DNA of 64,000 bases from an uncultured bacterium (GTDB lineage Bacteria > Armatimonadota > Abditibacteriia > Abditibacteriales > Abditibacteriaceae). The stretch covers positions 2,678,375 to 2,742,374 of the forward strand of contig CAWJLW010000006.1 in assembly GCA_963843795.1 (NCBI GenBank), read 5' to 3'. This document shows, piece after piece, positions 21,486 through 29,791 of the stretch. The translations under genes were made by a program, and so were the position numbers. The notes beneath the pieces were generated by a model. The model ran no database searches. It was given only the letters and a program-made list of their open reading frames with translations, and had not been told where the DNA came from. Each line of letters begins with the position of its first letter. The stretch's first letter is position 1.

Positions 21486-22277
21486 ATGCATAACTTTCAG
21501 TCAAAAGGCCGCGTTTTAATCACTGGCGCCTCCGGTGGCATCGGTCTCGAACTGGCGCGCTGTTTCGCGCGCGGGCGCTACGATTTGGTTTTGGTCGCGC
21601 GCCGCGAAGACGAATTGAATAAAGTGCGCGATGAATTGCAAACGCGCCACAAAATTACAGCGCAAGTACTTGCAGCAGACTTGAGCGAACCAGACGCGCC
21701 AAAAAACATCCTGCAAGTACTTGCAGAGACGCCAATTGATATTCTGGTGAATAATGCTGGTTTCGGTGATTTCGGGCCGTTCGCCCAGTGCGACGAAGAA
21801 AAAATGCTGAATGAATTGGCAGTTAATATCACAAGTTTGACGCACTTGACGCGCTTGTTTTTGCCGCCGATGCTGAAACGCAAGCACGGACGAATTCTCA
21901 ATGTGGCATCGACCGCCGCATTTTTGCCCGGCCCGTTGATGTCGGTTTATTACGCCAGCAAAGCCTACGTTTTGAGCTTTTCCGAAGCAATTACCAATGA
22001 ACTTGAAGGCAGCGGCGTAACAGTGACGTGCTTGTGTCCCGGCCCGTCGCCGACCGGTTTTCAAGAGCGCGCCGAGATGAAATCGTCTAAATTAGTGGAT
22101 GCAACGATGATGGATGCGGCAACAGTGGCGCGCGCCGGTTATCGTGCGTGTTTGCGCGGACAAGCGGTAGTGATTCCGGGCCACATGAATGCAATAGCTA
22201 CCTTTGCCACGCGCTTCATGTCGCGCGAATTAAAAGCGAAGTTGGTGCGGCGCGCGCAAGATTCTAAGACGAAATAA
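21486..22277 (+). CDS. Short-chain dehydrogenase (SDR)
   Basis: ITGASGGIG, NNAG, YYASK. Confidence 0.92.
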   Translation: MHNFQSKGRVLITGASGGIGLELARCFARGRYDLVLVARREDELNKVRDELQTRHKITAQVLAADLSEPDAPKNILQVLAETPIDILVNNAGFGDFGPFAQCDEEKMLNELAVNITSLTHLTRLFLPPMLKRKHGRILNVASTAAFLPGPLMSVYYASKAYVLSFSEAITNELEGSGVTVTCLCPGPSPTGFQERAEMKSSKLVDATMMDAATVARAGYRACLRGQAVVIPGHMNAIATFATRFMSRELKAKLVRRAQDSKTK

Positions 22278-22284
22278 GTCGCAG

Positions 22285-22314
22285 AAACGGCCTGCAAGTA
22301 CTTGCAGGCCGTTT
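22285..22314. terminator. Bidirectional terminator hairpin with palindrome core
   Basis: 30-bp perfect palindrome between convergent genes. Confidence 0.78.
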
Positions 22315-22331
22315 TGAGGTCAGTAGCGAAT

Positions 22332-23348
22332 TTAAACTTCAACATCGACGCTGCGACCTTCGCGCGCGCTTTGCATCGCGGCAAAAACCGCCGCCAGCGA
22401 ATGAATGTTGTCGGCGCCCGAAGTCGGCGCGGGAACGCCGCTGCGAATTGCTAAGGCGAATTCGTGCAAAGTTGCGCTCAATTCACTGAATTCTAGGGGC
22501 AGCGCTTCAATGGTTTCGATGTTTTGGTTTTTGCTCCATTTTTCCGAACGCGAAATTTGCACTTCGTCGTCCACAAAATGCAGCGCGCCTTCGCTGCACT
22601 GCAAACGCCAATCGCCGTTCCAACTCGTGCTGCGACCGCGCGCGCTCCAATCGCCGGAATAAGAAAACGGCGTACCATCATCCAGTTCCATCAGCATCTT
22701 TAAACCCGCGTCGTGCTCATACCAACTCCATTTCGGATTGAAACTTTGTGCCGTGATGCGCGCGATGTTGCGTCCGGTAACAGCGCGAATCAAATCCAAA
22801 TGATGAATCGCCATATCCACCAGGAGCGGAAATTCCATCGTTTCGCGAAAACTGCCGGTGAAATCGGCGGGAATGTAGAAATCCAAATCGCCGTGACCAA
22901 ATTCGCCAACCACTTTTTGTTCGAGCAGCGTTTTCAGCATTTGCACGCCCGCGCGATAACGATAATTCTGGCTCACCACCAGTTGCAAACCGGCTTCGTG
23001 CGCTAAACGGCGCATTTCTTGCGCATTTCCCAGACTATCGGCAAACGGTTTTTCAGTAATCAAATGTAAACCATGGGCAAACGCCAACTTCGCGTGCGGC
23101 AAATGTACCGTCGGTGGCGTCACGGTGAGAATGGCATCGGCTTCGACGATTGGCAAAGCGTCTTCTAAGGACGTGAAAGTTGGGCCATCGAAACCAATTT
23201 CGGCGCGAGCTTTTTCCAGTGCTTCAGGCACGATGTCAACGAGCGCGACCAGGTCGAAATCGGGCGATTGGCTGCTGGCACCTTTGAGCCAACTGCCGCC
23301 GTGTCCGCTGATGCCACATTGAATAAGACGAAGTTTTGGTGAATTCAT
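22332..23348 (-). CDS. Gfo/Idh/MocA oxidoreductase
   Basis: TEKPFA, SQNYRY, DMAIHHLD; likely ATG 23348. Confidence 0.88.
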   Translation of the reverse strand: MNSPKLRLIQCGISGHGGSWLKGASSQSPDFDLVALVDIVPEALEKARAEIGFDGPTFTSLEDALPIVEADAILTVTPPTVHLPHAKLAFAHGLHLITEKPFADSLGNAQEMRRLAHEAGLQLVVSQNYRYRAGVQMLKTLLEQKVVGEFGHGDLDFYIPADFTGSFRETMEFPLLVDMAIHHLDLIRAVTGRNIARITAQSFNPKWSWYEHDAGLKMLMELDDGTPFSYSGDWSARGRSTSWNGDWRLQCSEGALHFVDDEVQISRSEKWSKNQNIETIEALPLEFSELSATLHEFALAIRSGVPAPTSGADNIHSLAAVFAAMQSAREGRSVDVEV

Positions 23349-23374
23349 GGCGCTTATTTTATAATGTGTTGCCC

Positions 23375-23902
23375 ATGACTTCATCAAAGTTTTCCGTTCC
23401 AACTCTTGGCCAACCGTTACCGGCTTTTGAACTGCCGGTCGCACTACCGCAAGTACTTGCACCCGAAAATACTTTTGTAAAAGCCGCTGCGAGTGCTTGC
23501 AGTTCGGAAAGTTTGCGGGGACGCGCGCACGTTTTATTCGTGTATCCGCGCGACGCCACTGCGGGCTGCACGCTCGAAGCCAACGGTTTTCGCGATTTAT
23601 ACCAAGCATTTGAGAAGCTGGGCGTGGGAATTTTGGGCTTGTCGCGCGATACCGTTGGCACTCACCGAAAATTTATCGCAGCACAAAATTTACCGTTCGG
23701 GCTTTTGTCTGATAAAGAACAGCATTTATTGAAAGCGTGGGATTTAATCGTGCCCGGCACGATGTATGGCAAGCCGGTCACCAAAGTTCTTCGCACCACG
23801 TTTTTAATTGATGAAAATTTGGTCGTGCGCCAAATCTGGCGCGATGTAGTGCCCGAAGGTCACGCCACTCAGGTGCTTCGATACAGTGAACAGAATTTGT
23901 AA
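23375..23902 (+). CDS. bcp: Peroxiredoxin Bcp/PrxQ
   Basis: YPRDATAGCTLEANGFRD, LPFGLLSD, RTTFLID. Confidence 0.85.
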   Translation: MTSSKFSVPTLGQPLPAFELPVALPQVLAPENTFVKAAASACSSESLRGRAHVLFVYPRDATAGCTLEANGFRDLYQAFEKLGVGILGLSRDTVGTHRKFIAAQNLPFGLLSDKEQHLLKAWDLIVPGTMYGKPVTKVLRTTFLIDENLVVRQIWRDVVPEGHATQVLRYSEQNL

Positions 23903-24016
23903 ATTAATCAGGCGTTCCAAAATTCACTGCATCTCGTCGCGAAATTTCATCTAAAGTGACGCCGGGTTTCTGACGCGTTATGTAATTCCTGTCACAATTG
24001 AGATGGAGGTTTTCTC

Positions 24017-25825
24017 TTGTCCAAATCGTTTCCCACATCATCCGAAGTTCAAAACGCGCCCGCTTCCAATGGCGCTGATAATTCCAATTCTGTGCCCACC
24101 AATGGCGTTTCCAATGGCCCTGGCGGTGGCAAAATGCCGCCGCGCGTCGTGACAGTTGGCGCTCAAGCGCCTGAAACCAAAATCGCGCCGCAGCCAGTTG
24201 CGGCTTTCAACGCCGCCGACCCACCGAAAAAGCGGGGCCATTTTTGGAAAGCTCTTGGGACGCTGTTGCTGGTTGTCGGTGTTGGTGGCGCGCTGTTCGC
24301 CAACTTCACCAAGCAAGGCCAGCAAATCACCAAAGATTTCAACAAAACTTTTGTTCCCGGTGCCAAGGCCTTATACGCAGCGAAGCAAAATCCCGACTAC
24401 ATTTTTACGCAGGCAGGCAGCGATCACGTCAATATTCTGCTAATTGGCCGCGATGTCAATTACAAGCAGGTTTTTGATAAGCGGGGCCGAAATATCGCGC
24501 ACGTGATCGACACCGACGCTGCTGCGCGTTCGGATTCGATGATTATCGTTTCTCTCGACCGCAACGGCAAAGTGATTCGGATGCTGTCGCTGCCACGCGA
24601 TGCGCGCGTTCATTTGCCACCCAACAAAGAAAACGTCGAAATCGCCAAGCTCAACGCCGCGCATGCTTACGGTGGGCCGGAACTGTTGATAAAAACGTTG
24701 CACGACGAGTTCGGTCTGACAATTCAGCATTACGCGGTCATCAAATTTGATGGTTTCAAGAAAGTTATTGATGAAGTCGGCGGCGTTTATGTCGATGTCA
24801 TCGGCGCATTAAAGCGTGACGGTTCGCGCGGGCGACTGAAATACGACGACGACTGGGGCAACTTGCACATCGATTTGCAGCCCGGCAAACAATGGTTGAA
24901 TGGCCAGCAGGCGCATGATTATGTGCGCTTTCGCATGGACTTGGAAGGCGATCCGGGCCGCATTCGTCGTCAGCAAAGCTTGATGCGCGCCCTGGCGCGT
25001 CGTCTGCGCGATATCTCGCCTTTTCAGTTGCCAAGCGTGGTGAAACAAATTCGCGAGCAGTTCGAAACTGATATGGACGACACGCAACTGATGTCGGCGG
25101 GCTTTTTCGCGCAGGGCTTGGGCGAAGGAGCCAAAGTGCAGCCGGTCACCATGTATGGCACTTATTATAAACGCGGTTCTGTGCTGTTGAACAAGCCACG
25201 CAACGAAATGCTGTTGCAAACGATTTTCGGGCCGACCTTTGACCCGAATCGTTTTTTGGTCGAATCGCCTTGGACGCGACGTTGGGAATTTGGCCCTGAG
25301 GACAACGCCGATAAAGCCAATCCCGACACGCGCGCCTTGTTAATTCAAGCCGGTTTAATCAAGCCCGGCCCTGGCGACCGCGTGGCCGCCAATAGTTCCA
25401 ACAGCGATCCTTCGGGTTCGACGGGAGCGCCCGCTATCGAAAGTGGCTCGCTGAACTACGAAGAACCCGACGCCAATCGCGATCACGGACGAACCGGCAC
25501 GCACTCCCAACTGTTCAACGATTCCAGCGCCAGCGATTCCAGCGCCAGCGTTCCAAGCAACACCGGACGCCGCGCCGACGAGCCATCACTGATTGGCAAC
25601 AGCGCCGCACTGAACGAACGTACAGGAATTCAACCGCGCCGTCGCGTGCGCACTCAAAGCGACGAAAGCGCGAGCAGCACGGTGCAAGCACCCGCAAACT
25701 ATGCCGTTCCCGATGGCTCTTTTGGCACAGGTGCGCGTAGCGAAAGCCCAATCCCACAACCAGAAAACGGCCAGACTATACACAGCGAATTGAACGTCGA
25801 AAGCCCGATTCCACGTCCTGAATGA
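24017..25825 (+). CDS. LytR-CpsA-Psr (LCP) family protein
   Basis: TM helix, then NILLIG, RSDSMI, SLPRD, KLNAAHAYGG, YVRFR, DPGRIRRQQ. Confidence 0.9.
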   Translation: MSKSFPTSSEVQNAPASNGADNSNSVPTNGVSNGPGGGKMPPRVVTVGAQAPETKIAPQPVAAFNAADPPKKRGHFWKALGTLLLVVGVGGALFANFTKQGQQITKDFNKTFVPGAKALYAAKQNPDYIFTQAGSDHVNILLIGRDVNYKQVFDKRGRNIAHVIDTDAAARSDSMIIVSLDRNGKVIRMLSLPRDARVHLPPNKENVEIAKLNAAHAYGGPELLIKTLHDEFGLTIQHYAVIKFDGFKKVIDEVGGVYVDVIGALKRDGSRGRLKYDDDWGNLHIDLQPGKQWLNGQQAHDYVRFRMDLEGDPGRIRRQQSLMRALARRLRDISPFQLPSVVKQIREQFETDMDDTQLMSAGFFAQGLGEGAKVQPVTMYGTYYKRGSVLLNKPRNEMLLQTIFGPTFDPNRFLVESPWTRRWEFGPEDNADKANPDTRALLIQAGLIKPGPGDRVAANSSNSDPSGSTGAPAIESGSLNYEEPDANRDHGRTGTHSQLFNDSSASDSSASVPSNTGRRADEPSLIGNSAALNERTGIQPRRRVRTQSDESASSTVQAPANYAVPDGSFGTGARSESPIPQPENGQTIHSELNVESPIPRPE

Positions 25826-25835
25826 ACATTTGTTC

Positions 25836-25888
25836 AACCAAAGCGCCCTGCAAGTTACTTGCGCAAGTACTTGCAGGGCGCTTTGGTT
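25836..25888. repeat. Tandem double-core hairpin (first core has an extra T)
   Basis: AACCAAAGCGCCCT-GCAAGTTACTTGC-GCAAGTACTTGC-AGGGCGCTTTGGTT. Confidence 0.85.
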
Positions 25889-25961
25889 TTATGGGCCAAT
25901 AAATTGCAATAAAATCAATCTCTTTCGTCACAAACACTCTTATATTTAAAAAGGATTTCTT

Positions 25962-27008
25962 TTGAAAGCCATGATTTTAGCCGCCGGTGTCGGCAGCCGT
26001 CTCGATCCCTTAACGCGTTGTGTGCCCAAGCCGATGGCGCCGATTGTCAATAAACCGGTGATGGAACACATCGTTCACCTTTTAGCGCGTCACGGTTTCG
26101 ACGAAGTGATTTGCAACACCCATCATCTGGCCGATCATATCGAAAATTATTTCGCAAAAACGGGGGCTGATGAACTCGGCGCGCAAGTGCAGTTCAATCG
26201 CGAAGCCGAATTGATGGGTACGGCGGGCGGCTTGAAGCGCATCGCAGTAGAACGCGATTTTTTTGCGGCACAGGAAACGTTTTTGGTTTCGGGCGGCGAC
26301 GATTTAACCAGTCTAGACTTATCAGCAATGCTCAAGCAGCATCGCGAAAGCGGCGCCGTGGCGACGATTGCCTTGACCAAAGTTGACGATCCATCGCAAT
26401 TCGGCGTTGTCGTGTTGGATGAAAATAATCGCATCCAAAAGTTCGTCGAGAAGCCCGCGCCTGGAACCGAGCCGTCTAATTTGGTCAACACCGGCGTCTA
26501 TTTGTTCGAACCAGAAGTTTTCGACCTGATTCCGCCCGATCAATTCTACGATTTCGGCAAGGAGTTATTCCCGCTCCTGCTGGAAAAAGGCGCGCCATTT
26601 TACGGTTTCGAATCGGACGATTACTGGCGCGATGTGGGGAATTTGCGCGAATATCGCGATTGCCACGACGATTTTTTCAAAGGCGACATCGCTTTAAACA
26701 TCGGCTTGAATGCCGACGAAAATGGCAATTTCATCGGCAAAAATTGCACGATTGATGCGAGCGCAAAGCTCGAAGCGCCGGTTGTGATTGGTACAGGAAC
26801 GAAAATCGGAGCTAACGCCGTTGTCAAAACAATGAGCGTAATCGGCGAAAATTGCGTGGTCGGTGACAGCGCGCAAATCGTGCATTCCATCTTATGGGAC
26901 GGTGCCAAAGTGGGCGAAGGAACGCATTTGGAACGCTCGATTGTTGGCTATGATGTGGATGTGAAATGCAACGCGGCAATTTTTGACGCGGTGATTGTGC
27001 CAGTTTAA
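25962..27008 (+). CDS. NDP-sugar pyrophosphorylase (mannose-1-phosphate guanylyltransferase-like)
   Basis: AMILAAGVGSRLDPLT..PKP, FVEKP, WRDVG, C-terminal hexapeptide repeats. Confidence 0.9.
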   Translation: MKAMILAAGVGSRLDPLTRCVPKPMAPIVNKPVMEHIVHLLARHGFDEVICNTHHLADHIENYFAKTGADELGAQVQFNREAELMGTAGGLKRIAVERDFFAAQETFLVSGGDDLTSLDLSAMLKQHRESGAVATIALTKVDDPSQFGVVVLDENNRIQKFVEKPAPGTEPSNLVNTGVYLFEPEVFDLIPPDQFYDFGKELFPLLLEKGAPFYGFESDDYWRDVGNLREYRDCHDDFFKGDIALNIGLNADENGNFIGKNCTIDASAKLEAPVVIGTGTKIGANAVVKTMSVIGENCVVGDSAQIVHSILWDGAKVGEGTHLERSIVGYDVDVKCNAAIFDAVIVPV

Positions 27009-27030
27009 AATTTCTTGTGGGATGTAACTC

Positions 27031-27062
27031 AAAGTGTGATGCAAGTGCTCGCATCACACTTT
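27031..27062. terminator. Bidirectional terminator with degenerate core GCAAGTGCTCGC
   Basis: AAAGTGTGATGC-N8-GCATCACACTTT between convergent ORFs. Confidence 0.72.
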
Positions 27063-27068
27063 TGCGCT

Positions 27069-27320
27069 TTAAGAACCACGCCGGTCGGCTGAATTTTGGC
27101 GTCGGTCGGTTCCGAGCCGGAGCGTTTTACGACGCTCGGTTGATTGTCGTCTTTCCCTTACACGACGATCAGAGGCCACCATCGAGTAACTGTCTGGCAG
27201 TGTAAAACCACCTGAGTTTGGCAGAGATGTGCTGCGAACGCGATTGTAGATGATTTCTACCCGTTCGCGCACAAACTCCGAAGTGTCGAACGATTCTTTA
27301 CGGCGCGGATCATTTTCCAT
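27069..27320 (-). CDS. Small basic hypothetical protein with DRR/ERR repeats
   Basis: Bounded by a sigma70-like promoter upstream and a terminator downstream. Confidence 0.55.
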   Translation of the reverse strand: MENDPRRKESFDTSEFVRERVEIIYNRVRSTSLPNSGGFTLPDSYSMVASDRRVRERRQSTERRKTLRLGTDRRQNSADRRGS

Positions 27321-27448
27321 TTCATACACCTGCCCTGGACACATTTCGTCTCGTTAGCGTGCCCGAACTGATTTCTCGCGTTCGTTAAAGGCGCGAGCTG
27401 CTGCGATGAAGTTCTGGAATTTCCTATTTATTAGCGAACGTAAGTGCT

Positions 27449-27478
27449 ATTATAATTGCTTACGGCACCTAAAGTCAA
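27449..27478 (-). promoter_or_regulatory. Sigma70-type promoter TTGACT-N18-TATAAT
   Basis: Minus-strand match; -10 box flanked by a CGTAAG...CTTACG inverted repeat. Confidence 0.55.
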
Positions 27479-27524
27479 ATCTGTTTCCACAAAACAACTC
27501 GCGGCAGTGAATAAAATTTCTCAA

Positions 27525-27584
27525 AAACGTAAAAAGCGCGCTGCAAGTACTTGCGCAAGTACTTGCAGCGCGCTTTTTACGTTT
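27525..27584. repeat. 60-bp perfect palindrome with tandem double core
   Basis: AAACGTAAAAAGCGCGCT-(GCAAGTACTTGC)x2-AGCGCGCTTTTTACGTTT; probable terminator of 27599..28372. Confidence 0.9.
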
Positions 27585-27598
27585 CGATTCAGCAATCT

Positions 27599-28372
27599 TC
27601 AGCCTACGAAATTGGCTTTTTCGCGGTTCATCGCGTGGTTCCAACCGCGCAGCGTCAGGTGACAATCGGGATGAGTGTTGCCTTCCTCGACTTTATCGTC
27701 ACCCGCGTGCATTTGAATCAGAACGGTTTTGCGTACATCGTTCGAGCGATTGGGCATCGAGCCGTGGAGCGTCAGGTAATTGAAAAAGACCACATCGCCT
27801 GCTTCGGCTTCACAAGTCGTGGCATTTTCCAATGGATAATCGTCCAACGCACCGTTGTCGCTTTGGCCCTGTGCGTCTTGCAAACGGCCCAGTTTGTGCG
27901 AACCGGGATAAACGCGCAAACAGCCCATTTCATCGGTCGCGCGCGAAACGTGAATCACGCCCGCCATCATAGAATTTTTCTCGGTTGGAAAGTAACCCCA
28001 ATCCTGATGCATGGGAAATGGCGAACCTTTTTCCGAAGGTTTCTGAAATAACTTGGAATGATGCAAAATGATGTCTGGGCCAATCAGCGCTTGCACGATA
28101 TCCAGAAATCCTTCGTGTTGCATGGCGCGCAGCCAGTGCGCCGAATAATTTTGCACGTTGTGCGTGTGAAAAATGACCGAATCGCCGCCATCAATTTTCT
28201 CCATCGCCGCGCCGCCCCATCGCGCGTTGCTGGCGGTGCCACTGGCTTGCAACTGCGCCACAATAGCATCGAAATCTTCGCCCAACGTCGCGATTTCATC
28301 GGCGCTAAAAACGCCGCGCGCGTGGTAATAACCGTTCTCGTCCCAAAACTGCTTAATTTCCTGTGCGTTCAT
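27599..28372 (-). CDS. Phytanoyl-CoA dioxygenase (PhyH) family
   Basis: MHQD, GCLRVYPGSH, LHGS..N...R; GGAG SD. Confidence 0.9.
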   Translation of the reverse strand: MNAQEIKQFWDENGYYHARGVFSADEIATLGEDFDAIVAQLQASGTASNARWGGAAMEKIDGGDSVIFHTHNVQNYSAHWLRAMQHEGFLDIVQALIGPDIILHHSKLFQKPSEKGSPFPMHQDWGYFPTEKNSMMAGVIHVSRATDEMGCLRVYPGSHKLGRLQDAQGQSDNGALDDYPLENATTCEAEAGDVVFFNYLTLHGSMPNRSNDVRKTVLIQMHAGDDKVEEGNTHPDCHLTLRGWNHAMNREKANFVG

Positions 28373-28451
28373 ATTTTCTCCGTTGTGGTCTGAAACGATA
28401 GCATCACATTTTTGTCGCACCAATGCAAGATGTCGCCCACAGGAGATTTTC

Positions 28452-29330
28452 ATGTCCGATGCTTATCGCCGCGCGCCACAAGGTTTCACGCCCGCGCAAC
28501 GCCAACAATTCGACCGCGAGGGCTATTTATCCATCGAAAACGCGCTGTCCGCAGACGAAGTCGCAGCGTATCTCGAAGCCATTGAGCGCAACATTGCCCA
28601 TGACGAAAATTTTGCGCCCGACAAGTTCTACGCACGCGAACACATCGTCCAATGTGACCCGATTTTCACTGAGTTAATTGACCATCCGCGTCATGTTGGT
28701 TTCGCCTATGATTTTTTCGGTGAGTTATTGAAATTGCACATCTCGCAATTTTTCGTGCGTCCTCCGGGCGGTGGCCACAACGCCTGGCATCCCGATGGCG
28801 CGCGCGCCGTTCCGTATGGCGTTTTCGCGCCGCAGTTACCGATGCAAATCAAAGTTGCGCTCTGGCTCACCGATTTGCCCCATCCCAAAATGGGCAATTT
28901 GGTTGTGCGGCCCGGCTCGCAGCACGAGCAGTATTTCGATGGCTACGACACGCACGACAGCGTGCCGGACGAGAAAATCATCTGCGCCAAGCGCGGCACA
29001 ATGACCCTATTGAATGGCAATATCTGGCATCGCGTCGAACCGAACGAATCCGACGTGGTGCGCAAAAATATCTTTTTAGCGTATTGTCCCTCGTGGATTG
29101 TCGCCGCCGATCATCTGCGCAGCGACCCTGAATGGCTGAAAACTTTGAATCGCGAGCAGCGCATTATCATGCGCGATTACGATTACGCTTACGATCACAC
29201 CAAACCGCCCGCGCAAGACTTCCCGCTCTTTCTCGACCGCGAAACCGGTTTGGATCACGACCCAGATTTATATCACGAGCGCGTGGCGAAACATCGACGC
29301 AAGCGCCTGTTGGCGCACGAAAAAGCGTAG
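28452..29330 (+). CDS. Phytanoyl-CoA dioxygenase (PhyH) family
   Basis: WHPD, GNLVVRPGS, WHRV..N....R; AGGAG SD. Confidence 0.88.
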   Translation: MSDAYRRAPQGFTPAQRQQFDREGYLSIENALSADEVAAYLEAIERNIAHDENFAPDKFYAREHIVQCDPIFTELIDHPRHVGFAYDFFGELLKLHISQFFVRPPGGGHNAWHPDGARAVPYGVFAPQLPMQIKVALWLTDLPHPKMGNLVVRPGSQHEQYFDGYDTHDSVPDEKIICAKRGTMTLLNGNIWHRVEPNESDVVRKNIFLAYCPSWIVAADHLRSDPEWLKTLNREQRIIMRDYDYAYDHTKPPAQDFPLFLDRETGLDHDPDLYHERVAKHRRKRLLAHEKA

Positions 29331-29389
29331 TTTTGGTGAGAAAAATGTGCTGCAAGTATGCTGCAAGTACTTGCAGGGCGCTTTTGTTG

Positions 29390-29707
29390 TCACTCAGAGT
29401 CGTGTGAGCGGCAAAACCGGTAATCTTTTCGCGCGCTGATTAACAAAGCTATCGCAAAGATCAGATGAAAAGCGGCAACGATTATCGTGCCCCACGATGG
29501 AAACCAGTAATTTATCAACGCTGCTAATGCCCAGAAAAAATAAGGAAACAAGGGAAAAATGGGGAAAATACTGACGCTGCGACGTAAATTTTCCGGCGTG
29601 CCGCGCCGAATCTCTTGCGCCCTGACTTGAGCTGCGCACGCCACACCCCACAGCCACCACACAGCGAACAAAAATATCGGCAGTAACCAAGGCGAGATTG
29701 CGTTCAT
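29390..29707 (-). CDS. Small membrane protein (3 TM)
   Basis: 105 aa hydrophobic ORF filling the gap. Confidence 0.6.
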   Translation of the reverse strand: MNAISPWLLPIFLFAVWWLWGVACAAQVRAQEIRRGTPENLRRSVSIFPIFPLFPYFFWALAALINYWFPSWGTIIVAAFHLIFAIALLISARKDYRFCRSHDSE

Positions 29708-29736
29708 AACACTAAAATTTTAGCCTTCCACCAACA

Positions 29737-29772
29737 CAAACGCGCCCTGCAAGTACTTGCAGGGCGCGTTTG
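29737..29772. terminator. Terminator-like hairpin with palindrome core
   Basis: 36-bp perfect palindrome 20 nt after the S9 peptidase stop. Confidence 0.72.
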
Positions 29773-29791
29773 GCTTTTAAAACCGAAGTTT

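Noticed and set aside
25507..25550. Short tandem repeat CGATTCCAGCGCCAG in the LCP gene
   Set aside because: Two copies encoding DSSAS in a disordered tail; ordinary slippage.
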